Shown here: piece after piece, positions 1-14,620 of the stretch
How the letters are laid out: every line of letters begins with the position of its first letter
How positions within the stretch are numbered: the first letter of the stretch is position 1
Source: the human T2T-CHM13v2.0 reference genome, Homo sapiens
Length of the DNA stretch: 64,000 nt
Assembly (NCBI RefSeq): GCF_009914755.1
Contig: NC_060940.1
Strand: one strand, 5' to 3'
Notes under the pieces: generated by a model
What the model was told of the DNA's origin: nothing
The model's input: the letters and a program-made list of their open reading frames with translations, nothing else
The model's database searches: none
Translations under genes and position numbers: made by a program

Positions 1-351
1 AGTGAGTCAGTTAAAATCTTCTGGAGGAAGTTTTTACATCCCGCTAAATCCATAACTTCTGCAGAATGAAGAATGGATATACAAAGTTGTTGTTTTGCAA
101 TACAGAAACAGGATAGGGGTTTGGTAGTAGACCCAGAGTTGCCTCTTTGGTTCAATGGGTTGCCTCTTTGGCAGAGGATGGGTCAAATCCATCAGTTTTG
201 AGGCTTTCAGAAGGAGTCACCCAACAGACAATAAACAATCACCTCAACATGTGAAGAGGGTTTGTTCTGCCTATATGTGCCACACAGGGTGCATAGAAGG
301 AGGGCTGCCCAGTCCTGCTGACACTGGTGGTCCTTCTGAAGGAGTGTCCTT

Positions 352-393
352 GTCTATGGCCATACCACCATGAATGCTCCCGACCCCATCTGA
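352..393 (+). pseudogene. 3'-truncated 5S rRNA retro-fragment (5S nt ~1-42)
   Basis: gtctatggccataccaccatgaatgctcccgaccccatctga matches the human 5S 5' end GTCTACGGCCATACCACCCTGAACGCGCCCGATCTCGTCTGA at 35/42 (3 CpG-type changes). Flanked by direct repeats tctgaaggagtgtcct (335-350) and tctgaaggagcggcct (389-404). Confidence 0.8.
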
Positions 394-779
394 AGGAGCG
401 GCCTCTGGTGGTCTGGATCACTGCTATTCCTTGCCTGCAAAAGATAATGCTACCCTCAGCTAGCAAATGGAGAAGACTGCTAAGATTGACCACTCGGAGT
501 CTTCAAAGAAGAGTCCCAGTTTTTCAGTTGGGACTTACCAGAATAGCAATTACTATAAACTACAATATTTCCACTTCTTTAAATTTTCTGCTGCTCAAGA
601 CATCAAAACTTGACTATACAGATGTTTCAGAAGCCCACATTAGTGTATAGGCAAAGAAAACCTTGGTCCACTTAAGGATTCTCAGTAGTTTGAGAGAGAA
701 ATCAAGGTCCAGCACCCTTATAAGTGATGATTATTAAGACAGAGAAAATGGGAAAGATTCAAATGCATTTGCCAATTTT

Positions 780-2390
780 GTTCAATGTATTTACTTATTT
801 AAACATTCCAATGGTTAAAAAAATCAAAGCTATCATAGAATTATGATAGAATCTTTCTATATCTAGCCATCCATCTATCTACCTTCCAACCAAAAGGTCA
901 TCACTGTTTTTAGTTCCCTTGAATCCTTCCAAAGCATTTGCTATGTGTGCGTGCTAAATATAAATATTTACACATCCCCATTCTTCAGAAAAAACTGGTA
1001 GCATATTATACAAACTGTTCTGTACCTTGGCTTTTTTGCTTAACAAAATATAATATGTATTATAGGTCCTTCCAATTCAATGCATAGCTTATTCTCAGTT
1101 TTTAAAATAGCTCTATGGTATTCCATTACATCAGTGGGTTTCAATGAGGGAGAGCAATTTTGTTTCACATGACACGTTTGACAGTGTGTGAAGACATTTT
1201 TGGTTGTCACAGTGGGGAGGGGGGCTGCTAATGGCATCTAGTTTGTAGAAGCCAGGGATGTTGCTAAACATCTTATAAAGCCCAGGACATCCCATCCTCC
1301 CCCAAAGAATTATCTGACCCAAAATATCAGTAGTGCTGAGGTTGAAACACCCTACATTATATGAATGTACCTCAGTTTATCTATTCCTTTTGATGGACAT
1401 TGAGTTACTTCCCAAAGTTTATTACAATACCACAATGAATAATTCTGCTTGTTTTATTTTATGTGATAGAGAATATTTGTAAGAAGGCTAAATGATGGTT
1501 AAAAGTTAAGAACATTTGTCATTTTGATACTGACAAATTTTATGCATTAGGTTTTTCTTCAGGTTACAATTCTTTCAGCAAATTGTGAAGGTTTGTTTCC
1601 AACAGCATTGCCAATGTTGTCCCTCATCAAACATCAAGAAATTTACCAATCTGAACATGTTGTATCCAAGTCTGTTTTAAATTTTGTTTTTTTTCATTAT
1701 GAGTTAGGTAGAGCATCTTTTTGTACTTAAGAACCTAAATGTTCATTTTTTCTGCGCAAGCTTGGTTACATAATTTGTCCAATTTTTAGAAAGTCAGTTT
1801 ATCTTTTTATTGGTCTCTAGAAGCTCTTCATATATGAGGAAAATTAGTCTTCTTTCTGTTTAGTGATTTGTAAGTAATGCTCCAGTGTGTCATCTGCATT
1901 TTGACACTGTTTAAAAAATGTATCTTACATATGTATTTTTGACATAAAAGTTTTAAATTTTAATTGACTCATCCTTTCGTAGCTTCTATGTTATGAATCA
2001 CATTTAGAAAAAGTCTTTCTGCATTGAGATTATAAATTAATTTGGAAACCAAAATTCTCTTTTTATTACCTTTATTATTTTATTATTACCAAGAAATCTT
2101 GGATATTTGGAACTCTGTGTTGGTATTTGATATAAGGTACGAATCCAAGTTTACTTCTTCCCCCTCCCTGATCTAGCTAAGTAGCTAGTCTCAATAGATA
2201 TTTTGAATAGTCCATGTTTTCCCGCTGATTTTATATATCTCTTACCACATGTATAATATCCTCATGGGATCTGGGTTTACTCTGTGTATTGTGTCCCATT
2301 TATCTGTCCTTTGTTCATGAGGTGGTATCATAATCTCATACTTTTTTATTATTGGACTGAGTTTACCTCTATTGCTTTTTAAAAAGTTTT
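780..2390 (-). mobile_element. Old L1M (L1MD/ME-like) fragment, interrupted by MER20
   Basis: T-rich degenerate L1 3'/ORF2-like antisense sequence; boundaries approximate. Confidence 0.5.
1132..1354 (+). mobile_element. MER20 (hAT-Charlie non-autonomous DNA transposon)
   Basis: Follows the MER20 consensus (gacatttttggttgtcac...gccagggatgttgctaaacatc...aaagaattatctgacccaaaat). 8-bp TSD cattacat (1124-1131) / cattatat (1355-1362). Confidence 0.9.
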
Positions 2391-2434
2391 TTTTTTCCCC
2401 TAGTCATCTTGCTTGCTCATTTTTATAAGATTTC

Positions 2435-3165
2435 TAACAGTTTTATTGAGATAGAATTTATATATCTTGCAGTTCACCCATTTACAATGTATAATTTGAT
2501 GATTTTCCATGTAATCACAGGTATATGTGACCAGTACCACAGTTAGTTTTAGAATGTCTTCATCACCTTGAAAAGAAACACTGTACCCTTTAGCTGTCAT
2601 CTCCCTATTCACCCATTCCTCTCCAAACTTAAGTAACCAATTTCAGTTTCTATAGATTTCCCTATTCTGAACAATCATATGAATGGAATCACATGTATAG
2701 TCTTGTGTAACTGGCTTCTTTCACTTAGCATAATATTTTCAAGGTTCATCCATTTTGTAGCATGCATTAGTACTTCATTTTTTATGGCTGAATAATATTC
2801 TATTAGATGGATATATCACGTATCATTTATCCATTAATCCCTTAATACACATTTGGGTTACTTCCTCCTTATGGCTGTTATAAGTAATACTGTAATAAAC
2901 ATTCAAGTTTTTGTATGGAGATATGTCTTCATTTCTCTTGGGGCTATAGCCTGGAGGAGAATTGCTGGATTATATGGTAATTCTATGCTTAATCATTTGA
3001 AAAACTGCCAGACAGTTTTCCAAGATTGCTGTATATTTATTTTCCTAAAAGCAGTTTAGGAGGGTTCTAATTTCTCCACGTTCTGGCCAACATATTATTA
3101 TCTGACTTTTCAGTTCTAACAATCCTAATGGATGTGAAGTGGTATCTCATTGTGGTTTTGGTTCA
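2435..3165 (-). mobile_element. L1MB-like 3' end
   Basis: ttttattgagatagaatt...ggcttctttcacttagcataat...gtgaagtggtatctcattgtggtttt, typical antisense L1M 3' end. Confidence 0.75.
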
Positions 3166-3956
3166 TAAGAACTTTAACTCATTTGCTAAATTCAAAATAA
3201 ATTATTAATACTTTACTGAAGTCATGTAATTTAGAGATAATTGACATATCTTTAAAACAAGCAGGCAATTATTATATATGCTAAACTTTCATAGTTCTTA
3301 TAGATATTTCTCATTAAATTTATCCTCACAGGCTTTATATTTATTTTGTAAATTCAAATATTTAATCCGTTACATCTTTTAGCTTGTTGTGTTTGCTTGT
3401 AGAAAGCTATTATTTCTAATAGTAAAGTTGTATCTTGATAAATTACTGAAGTCTATTGAATATAGTGATTTCTAACTGATTGTTTAGAGTTCCATATGAA
3501 AATTTTACTTCCCCCTTTCCAATTTTATTCTTCATTTTTCATCTTTTTAAATTAGGTATAATGGTGTCTTTTAGATTAACATATATTTTATCATAATAAT
3601 ATGAATATTTGAGAGTTCTTTAAAATAAAATTGTATGTTTAATTGTAGCAAACGCCTTTTCATTGTTTGAGAAGATAAACAACACTTGGCATGATGTATT
3701 ATTCTTTTGATGTGTGACTGAATTCTAATTGCTAATATTTTATTTAAGATGTTGGCTTTGATGATGAGAAATGAGATTTGTTTGTAATTATCTTTTGAGG
3801 GCTAACATTGCCAAGTTCAGTATCAATGTTGTTAGACTTGATTAAAAGAAATAATTAAATTTTATTTCTTTTTATGCTCTGAAGAAGTTTAAAAACATGG
3901 GAATTATTTGCTCTTTAATATTTTGGTAGAATTCTCCTGCAAAAGAGCTTGGTTAT

Positions 3957-4430
3957 TTTGGTAGGCAGAGTAATAATCCTTCAAAGATGATTATGTTCTT
4001 TTCCATGGAACCTGTCAATATGTTAGGTTACATGACAGCAAGAGAGAATTAAGGTGGCTGATCTAATTAAGGTTGTTAATCAATTAACCTTAAAACAAGT
4101 TTAACCTGGTTTGCCCATGTGGGTTTAATTGGTTTACCCAGGTGGGCTTAATATAACCAAAGTGGAAGATGGAGACAGAGAAGGTCAGAGTCAGAGAAAG
4201 ATTTAAGGATGTTATGTCGCTGGCTTTGAAGATGGAGGAAGGAGACACATGCCAAGGGATGTAGGCAGCTTTTAGAAGCTGGACAAGGCTAAGAAGCAGA
4301 TTCTCCCTGGAGTTTCCAGAAGGAGCACATTCCTGCTGACACCTTGATTTTGCCCAGTGAGACCTATTTTGGACTTCTGACTTCCAGACTGTAAGAATGA
4401 ATCTTTGTTGTTTTAAGTTACTAAGTGTGT
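3957..4430 (+). mobile_element. MLT1D-like MaLR LTR
   Basis: gctggctttgaagatggaggaagg...agaagctggacaagg...gacaccttgattttgcccagtgagacc...ttgttgttttaag, characteristic of MLT1C/D. Confidence 0.8.
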
Positions 4431-4639
4431 CTGAGATGAGCACGTGCACACACACACGTATACAAATACATGTAAATATGAATATGAATATGAATTCTTA
4501 CCGAAATTGCCAGTTCTAATCCAGCACCACAGTGTTCATTCTAGCTTTATCATCTTGCTTATTAGTTACTAGTTTGTCTAAACTGGGTCCTATTATTTAT
4601 AATTTATTTACTTGTTCAGTATTTACTTATTTGTTGAGT

Positions 4640-5380
4640 ATTTTTTTTTCATACATTTGTTGGCCATTTGCATGTCTCTTCTTTTAAGACGTGTCTATTT
4701 AGGTTTTTTGTTCATTTTTAATTTTTTTTTTTGTTTTCTTGCTATTAAGTTCCTCATTTATTTTTTATATTAACTCCTTATGATATATATGGTTTGAAAA
4801 TATTTTCTCCCGCTCTGTAGGTTGTCTCTTCACTCTGTTTTTTTCCTTTGCTGTGCAGATACTTTAATTTTTATGCAATCCCATTTGTTTATTTTTGCGT
4901 TTGTTGGCTGTGCTTTTGGGGTAACATCCAAGAAATCATTACCCAGACCCATATCATGAAACTGTTACCCTATGTTTTGTTCTAGTAGTTTCATAGTTCC
5001 AGGTCTTACATTTAAGTCTTTAATCCATTTTACGTTGATTTTTGTTTATAGTATGATAATCTAATTTCATTCTTCAGTATGTGGATATCCAGTTTTTCCA
5101 TCGCCATTTATTGAAGAAACTGTCCTTTCCCCATTGTGTGTTCTTGGCATCTTTGTCAAAAATCAATTGATCGTAGTGTGTGAATTTATTTCTGGGCTTT
5201 CTATACTGCTGCATTGGTGTATGTGTCTGTTTTTATGCCAGTTCCATGCTGTTTAAATTTTTATAGGTTTATAGTAAATTTTGAAATCAGGCAGTGTCTT
5301 GCCTCCAGATCTGTTCTTTTGGTTCAAGATTGCTTTGGCTAGTTAGGGTCTTTTGTGGTTCCATGCAAATTTTAAGTTGT
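4640..5380 (-). mobile_element. L1MA-like ORF2 3' fragment
   Basis: tttgctgtgcag...gtcttacatttaagtctttaatccatttt...gtcctttccccattgtgtgttcttggc, antisense L1 ORF2. Confidence 0.8.
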
Positions 5381-6599
5381 CTTTATTAGCCTAGTTTATT
5401 CACTTGTTTTTGGCTTGAATTCAACCTTATCAAGAGCTCTACTTCCCTTTTGTTTGTTTTTTCCCTCTAAATATTGTCAGTTTTTATTTTCCATGTGTCC
5501 ACTCTGAATTTTTTCATAGGCAGTCTCAGTCTGTTGACATGACAGATATATCTGGTTTTATCATATCCTATTTTTGTTGTTAAACCTATTTTAAACTTTT
5601 TATTTTTACTGTGAATTGTTTGCTTGCTCTGGGTTTTCTTTACTCTTTTTGTTTATTAGTTTACCTTTATAATTATTTTAAAAATATGCTTAGCTTTCTA
5701 TTTGTTTAAAAGGTGTCAATGGCTTGGCTTCTTAATGCAAAGTTGTGAGATAAAGTACCTTCCCAAGGTTAGTAGTGATGGTGCCATAATTTGAATCATG
5801 TTAGATTTGTTCCGTGCAGTTTTTTTGGTTTTGCTTTGAGGCAGCATAGGTGTTAAAGATAGTCTTGATTTGTATTTCAATGATCTTGTAAGTCTTCTCT
5901 AATCTCCAACCCGTATCCTGTACTCCAATTTATATAAACAAACTAACTAAATGAATGGATAACTTGAAAAAATGATTGATAAAATGGAGAATTTTGGGGT
6001 TGTTAGCTTAACATTAAGATAAGAAACATCATGAGATTTTTTGATGCAAAATTTCTTTTTGTTTTGTATTTTTCCCATTTTCTTCTCTTTAAAAACATTT
6101 ATGTCTGAAATATGTTGTGCCTCTTATGAATTTGCTAGCTTTTGAAAGGCTTTATCCCACCCTGGATGGAGAAAACTGAGCTGTTGTTTTGTCTTATCCA
6201 TTTGCCTTCTCTCAATCCTCTGCCTGTATCCATAGAAAACTGGAAATTTTTAAATGCATGATTTGTTGCTAATCCATTTAAAATGAATGCTTTTCTATAG
6301 ATTTAATAGTTACAAATGACAGATCAGAGGCACGCTTGTATCGTGTATTGTGCGGAGGAAGAAAAAAATGTGTAGCCTACCTGACAGCCTCTGTTTAAAA
6401 TGTCTTTGAATGAATTGGTATAAAATAAAATCTGTGCCAGATTTAATCACACAAAGAAAGTGTTCTCAGTTTAACATTCTCTTTCATAAAATGACCAATT
6501 CATCCCATTCAGAAACTTAATACATTTGTCATTTTGCTCAAATGCAATTTACAAAGGAAAAGGTCCTAGGTTTCTCAAGCTAGAAAGAGCAGGCAGGAA

Positions 6600-6770
6600 A
6601 GACCCAGCTGTTTTAGAATAGGGGCTCTATCAACTGATGTCATGTTTCTTAATGCCATCTCTGGTGCTCAGTTTTAGGATCTATAAAATGGGGATAATGA
6701 TATGTATCTTCCAGAGGTGAGCAGGCTTAGATAAGTTGGTATATTAAAGTAGCTGGTGTAAGTGAACAAG
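6600..6770 (+). mobile_element. MIR fragment
   Basis: MIR core-like ctcagttt...tctataaaatggggataatgat. Confidence 0.55.
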
Positions 6771-9270
6771 AACAACAATTTCCCTATCTACAATCCTTGT
6801 CAAATGAAGCCAGGTGTTAAGACTTCACAGATAATCCAAAGGCTTCCTTGGAACAGCCCAATTCGTTTAAAGACAATCAGGAAGCTTTTACTCAACAAGC
6901 TGACCTTTGTTTGGCTGTCACGAATGCTCTGTATCAAAGGAGAAATAGGTCCTATAGGATTATAACACTCCCCAGCTGTAGGCTTTGGTTTATTTTCCAA
7001 ACTGCATTTTATTTTTCTACCTATCAGGCCTATAGAAAAGGAATTTAGCATAGCTTTCTTAGCCAAGTTTCCCAGTATAAACGTTCATATTGGTAAATTT
7101 GCTTGCTAATACACGAAAGGCTAATAATAGACTCAGCAATGAAATTAAGCTTGCTTTATTAATTTTTCAATATGAAATTTCACAAACAGATTCATTAAAA
7201 ATTAATTGTCATCTTTATTATGCCAACTCTAATGAAAAGACATACATCATTAGTGATATACTTATAATATAAAGTATGTAAGAACATTTATGAGGGAAAA
7301 ATCAATAACCTCATTAAACATATTTATATTTGTTCCTACAGTGTCAATTATCCCCAGTTATTAGCATATTCACATTATGACATAAAACCAATGAATAGCA
7401 ATTTTTCCTCACTGTAATCTGATCTTGTCTATATTTCTTTTAATTTAACTTGTGTTTCATATTTTGTTTTATATGCAAAATCTTAATATTAAAAAGTTTA
7501 TACTTGAGAATGAATCAGAGAATTATTTTACATTTGAATTGAACACTTCTAAGAAGTCAAAATCATCCTGAAACTGCCATTTGTATTAAAATGACACATA
7601 GATAAATAGTTTAAATTTCTAAATTCTACCTATAGAAAAAATCAACCAAAATTCTGTCAAATAGCCATATCTGGCAAGTCTTTTATTTAAATTTGGATCT
7701 GGCAACTGAATTATACCCTATTATGTCCCCAAGATTTGGTATCCTAAAAGACCACTCTGTACTGCTGTGTATGACTTTCAAAATATTTTCAAACGAAATA
7801 ATTGCATTTAAACCACTGGTTCCACACCAAAAGAAACGATAGATTCTTGGAGCAACAGTATTGCGTTCTATTAAAATTTTAAAAACTTGTTATTTAATAG
7901 GCTTAAGTCCATATGGTTTATGTGTGTATGTATGTGTGTGTGTATTTCTGTGTATATGCGTGTGTTTCATTTTATAGTTTATTATTGCAACAGTTTTGTA
8001 TTGAAATTTATTGCCTTTTGTAGAAAATATATCATGACATGTAATTGTTTTTAGTCAATGATAAATGAAATTATACTCAAGTGTTGGAAAGATAAGTTAG
8101 TGAACAATAATGCAAGATAGAAAAATCTTATCTAGGTGAATAATCAGTAAATGTGATTGTATTTAGCAAATACTGTAAGTAAGTGTTAGCTTCTGTGATT
8201 ATGGAACTTAAAATAATCAGTGGTTAAGAGAGGGCAAGAAATGAAAAGAAATAAGGATAAAAAGAAATTGTTGTGAAAAAAATTGATCAATGACTCCACT
8301 AAACCTAAGAGTAAAGGAATTTCAAGACCTAATATTTATTATAATTGTTGTGAGGCAGTTTGGAGTTAGGTCAAGGCCCTCCAAACCTTGTGATTTAATT
8401 CCGTGGTTATAAATAAACCAACAGGAAGCTCACCCACAGCAATGACCCTCCGAAGTTGTAACGGAGTGTAATTATGACCTAGTACTTGGCCTCCTGGGCC
8501 ACAGTAAATGTGCTATAAGAATGTCAAATTCACACGATACCCTTTGTAAGAGATTTTAGTGGCACAGACTGAAACTTAAAAAGACCTATGTGCAAGCAGA
8601 GTTCTATAATTCTAAGAAGAAGACAAAGGCTGTGAAATTGACAGGCAAAATTTCACCTCTCTTCATTTTCCCCAAGTATATTACATTAGCAAGGATAGTG
8701 GGCTCTGTATTTTGAATTCTAAAAACCTGATTAAATATTTTGCCTTACCTATATTTTTCTAAGCTTTTTTCTCCTCTTCTACCAAAATTCCAGAATAGAA
8801 TGCTGGATTTACTAAGAAAAAAATCACAAATTTTTAAGTCATTAAAATTTCTCCTGAGATATTAAAAAAATGTTTAAGGTAGATTAAACCTAGACCAAAA
8901 ATTAAATCAAATTATATTCTGTGTGCTCAATTTTCTGTAGGGAACCAAAAGCCACTGGAGTGTAAAATTCTAATTAATTATGTGGAGTGCTAATGGATTT
9001 TAAATTAAAAATACGTGCTGTTTAACACCCCACTCCACACAGTTTTGTAAGTGGATATTACAATGAAACTGTCCTATGAAATCTGAAATGCATGGGAGGT
9101 ATAATTGTCACTTCTCCAGTTGAACCTAAAAAGAGCTGTACTCTTCATCAATTTGGGACTCTACAATCTCCTTCTTTGGCCATTCAACTTGAATATTTTC
9201 TAGTCCACTCCACATACAACCATGATTAACCAGTGATGTAATTTTAACAATCACAAAGTTTTGTTACAGT

Positions 9271-9851
9271 TTTTCTAATTTTATTTTAATTTTTGTATTT
9301 TGTTAAATTATACTTTAAGTTCTGGGATACATGTGCAGAACGTGCAGGTTTGTTACATAGGTATACACGTGCCATGGTGGTTTGCTGCACCCATCAACCC
9401 GTCATCTACATTAGGTATTTCTCCTGATGCTACCCTTCCCCTATCCCTCCACCCCCTGACAGGCCCCAGTGTGTGATGCTCCCCTCCCTGTGTCCATATG
9501 TTCTCATTGTTCAACCTCCACTTATGAGTGAGAACATGCGGTGTTTGGTTTTCTGTTCTTGTGTTAGTGTGCTGAGAATGATGGTTTCCAGTTTCATCCA
9601 TGTCCCTGCAAAGGACATGAACTCATTCTTGTTATGGCTGCATAGTATTCCATGCTGTATATGTGCCACATTTTCTTTATCCAGTCTATCATTGATGGGC
9701 ATTTGGGTTGGTTCCAAGTCTTTGCTATTGTGAATAGTGCTGCAGTAAACATACAAGTGCATGTGTCTTTATAGTGGAATGATTTATAATCCTTTGGGTA
9801 TATACCAAGTAATGGCATTGCTGGGTCAAATGGTATTTCTGGTTCTAGATC
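9271..9851 (-). mobile_element. L1PA7/8-like 5'-truncated element
   Basis: ttatactttaagttctgggatacatgtgcagaacgtgcagg 3'UTR; ORF2 C-terminal peptide (IPLLGIYPKDYKSFHYKDTCTCMFTAALFTIAKTWNQPKCP). Confidence 0.9.
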
Positions 9852-10029
9852 GTTGTTTTTAAGACTACCTTCTTTTACAGATACAGAAACTGAGACTCAG
9901 CATGTTTATTCCAGATGATGTGTCTAATTATCATCAGAGCTGACATTCAAATGCAAGGTTTCCCATCACATGTTAGATATTTAATTCATCACAGCAAGCT
10001 CAGTGGAAAGGACACAACAATAAATTCAT

Positions 10030-10745
<716 letters not shown>

Positions 10746-10884
10746 ACTGCATGCAGTTCTCAAACATCAGCTAGGAACTCTTTACTCTATATCAGGTCAT
10801 TGCCAATGTTCTCCCTAATACTGACCCTTTGACATTGCGATGCTCTAAGAAAAAGCTGAAACAATCTAGCGTCAGAATAACTTC

Positions 10885-11480
10885 ACTCATTCATTCATCC
10901 ATTTGTTCATTTGGGGAGCATCTACTTTGTGCCAGGAGTTGTCTTATGTACAGAAGATTCAGCAGTGAACCAAAGAAAGTTCACTTTCTTTCCCTTATGT
11001 AGTACAGAGCTTAGTGGAGGAAGACAATTTTTATAAAAAGGAAAAAAGAAACACATGTAATTATATTGTGCTAAGAATTAAGAGGCAAAAACTAAATTAG
11101 GGTTCAAATGATAAGGTAAATGGTGGTTGCTGTTTATACTGGTGGTCAGAAAAATTCACTGACAAAATAACATTTTAACAGATAGTTGTAGGACATAGGA
11201 GAGCAAATCATGTAAATATCAGTAGAAGAAAGTTCCAGGCAGAGGACACTACAAGAGCAAAGGCCCTGAGGTAGAAGAACCCTTAAAATGAGACATGCAA
11301 GCATTCCAGGGATAGAGGCAAAAGGAGAATTTGGGGTGCTTGTGACCAAATTGGCAGAAGTAAACAGTGACCAAGCAAAATAGCCATTGAATAGGACAAG
11401 GCAGAATATGGTCTGTTCCTGTGGTATAATCATGGCTAAAGACATACTGAGTATGGGCCACTGAAAGAGTAGGCCCACTC
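10885..11480 (-). mobile_element. L2 3' fragment
   Basis: (cattcatt)n tail followed by gcatctactttgtgccagg...ttccaggcagagg...agcaaaggccctgagg. Confidence 0.7.
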
Positions 11481-11607
11481 CATTGTCTTAGAAGCGAGGA
11501 TTACCAGGGGAGGAGGAAAGATGCAGAAGCCAGGAGAGCTCTGAGAAATCTCTTGCTGACTCACATCCCCAATGCCTGCTCTTTTTGAAGAAGTAGTCCC
11601 CAGAGCC

Positions 11608-12020
11608 AATGGCTATCATAAAAAAACACAAAAGAAAACATGTGTTGGTGAAGATGTAGAGAAACTGGAACTGCTGCACACTGTTGGTGGGAATAAAAAA
11701 TGGTCCATCCACTATGGAAAACAGTGCAGGGTTTCCTTAAAAAAGATTAAAAATAGAACTGCATGTGATCCAGCAATCCCACTTCTGAGTATACATCCAA
11801 AAGAATGGAAATCAGGATCTCAATAAGATGTCTGTACTCCTATGTTCATTGCAATATTACAATAACCGAGAGGTTTAAAACAACCTAAATCTCCATCAGT
11901 GGATGAATGGACAAACAGAATGTGATCTATATATACAATGGAATATTATCAGTCATAACAAGAAGGAAATCCTTTATATGCTGCAATATGGATGAACCTT
12001 GAAGACATTATGCCAAGTGG
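11608..12020 (+). mobile_element. L1MA/MB ORF2 end and 3'UTR
   Basis: Peptide CVGEDVEKLELLHTVGGNKKWSIHYGKQ...DPAIPLLSIHPKE. Confidence 0.8.
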
Positions 12021-12493
12021 AAGAGAATAAACCACTAAGCCACAAGACCTACCCGGTAACAGCATCTGTGTACCAGACAGTAGAGAGAAGTAGAGGGGCC
12101 ATCAGACCTGAGCATAGGGAAACCCTCCAAAGAGCCATTCATTTGAGAACAGGAGCTGAAGGTGGGAAGGGTTTTGCTCAGTCGAATGATAGCTCCATGG
12201 TAAAAGCGGAAGAAGTTGGAGCAATCTAACTTCAATAAACTCTCAAAATTGACCAACCCAACCCAGTTTCTCTCCTAAGAGTGCTCCCCCATTGAGGAAA
12301 AATTTGTGGAAAAATTTGTGGAAGGAGAAGAAAAACTGAGGAAAAAAAAGGATAATAGAAATGAAGGTACTAAATGGTCAAGATAAAAGAGACAATGCTA
12401 ATAAATCCCAGTAAGCAAGCTACCAAATGTAAATACTACAAGGAGAAAAAAAAAAAAGGAGAGCTCTGTGGCATTAGAAGGCAGAGCCCAGGA

Positions 12494-12889
<396 letters not shown>

Positions 12890-13179
12890 TTATGATAAGA
12901 AATAACACAATAAGGAGTGTAATATCAGCTCTACAGACAATAAAAACATGTCAGAAAAACGAGATCACAAAACATATCAAAATGGTAAGATTCTATTTAA
13001 AATGAGCTATTTAACAAGAAGAAAAAGGTACAGAGCATGAAAGAACATAAATCAGAGTAAGAAGAACTCAGAAATGAGTTGATAGATTAGAAAAAAATAC
13101 ATAAAAGAAAAAAGATATTTCAAAAAAGATGAATAAACTAGAAGGAGCACAAAAGAAATCACAAAAACTGTTCTCAGTA

Positions 13180-14620
13180 ATTTTATTACTGGTAGTAGCA
13201 ATATCGTTATTTAAAAATGAGTTGATGGGAAATATGAGATAAAGTAAATGAATAATTTTGAGATACTTTATTATTCCGTGAGTCATTGAGTGCCAGGTTT
13301 CTCAGTGTAGGAGAAAGAAAATACAAATATATTGTAGAAGGGGTTAAGTTCAAACAAACAAACACAAAACCCTCGGTCCTGAATCTGAAATGAAGTCAGT
13401 AGGAGCATATGAGGCATTTTAATGTAAAAGTGTGTGTGCATTAAAGTCTCAGCTCTGTTCACTAAAGTGGCTTGGAAACAATCACCAACTCTGTAATAAT
13501 GAGCATGCTTAGCAGCCATATAATGGTCTTGAAATGCCATTTCTGCTAAAAGAAGCCAGAGCAAACAGTTTGCAATATGTGACTGAAAAATCGTGATATA
13601 CCAGATAGCAAAGAAACCATCAAAGACTTGTAGTTTTATATCGAAATGACTGAGGAATCAGCTTGATGAGGCTTCTTCTGGCTAAAAATAGACAACTTAT
13701 GCAAAACAAAAACAAACAATAATTGCAAATAATTGAAAACCACCAAACATCTTTAAATGCATGAGTTGATAATGATCTTTCAAATTAATTGGGTATCTTC
13801 ACACTTTGATGGATAACCAGATTTGATAAATGCAAAATCAAGCATTTATCTTTCCTGTGTGATTTGCACAATTGGGTAACTAACTACTAAATGTGGGAAA
13901 GCATCTTATAAAAGTATTCCCAATGATAAGAGAAAGAAAAATGAATATAACCGTTTTGCAATGAAATAATGGAGCTAGGCATTGAGCTTCAGTAGCCACT
14001 AACATCACAAAAAGCTAGAGAGGCAGATGTCCTGTGCCTCCTGATAAAAGAACCCAGCACAGCCTAGGGTTTTGCCAAGGGGACTGAACATGCATCTGAT
14101 CAGGTCTTGGGTCTGTCAATTTTCAAGAGATACAAAGGACCGAGAAACACACTAATCTGTGTAATGAGTACACAATCTATGAAATGCAGACTGTGACAAA
14201 TTCTATTAGTTAAATACCCTGGGTTCTTCAACAAATAAATTGTCAGGAAAAGAAAAGGAAGAAGTGAAGCCTTTAGAAGATAAGAAATTTAAAAGACAAT
14301 TTTTTAAGTGGTCAAGTCTAAGCCATCATAATTATAGATACACACTAGCATGAAAAAATAATAAACATAAATGATTACTGTAAAAGTTAAAATAGCTGAG
14401 TTGACTTATGGCAGGAAAAAGGGGGTTGTGATTGGAACAGGTCTTGTGGAGCAGCTTGTGCAGTGGCTGTCAAAAAGTTCTATTTCTTAATACGAGTGGT
14501 GATTTCAAAGGTGTTTGTCTTGTAATAACACATCAACTTGCGTATTTGCTTTGTGTGGCCTTCAGTAGCTGTGTTTTATTTCATAAAAAATTTCTTTTAA
14601 AAAATAAAAATATAAAAACC
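13180..14620 (+). mobile_element. Old L1MC-like 3' region
   Basis: A-rich degenerate L1MC 3'UTR-like sequence; boundaries approximate. Confidence 0.5.

Noticed and set aside
6762-7272. Cluster of short ORFs as coding exons
   Set aside because: No recognisable protein family or consistent exon chain.
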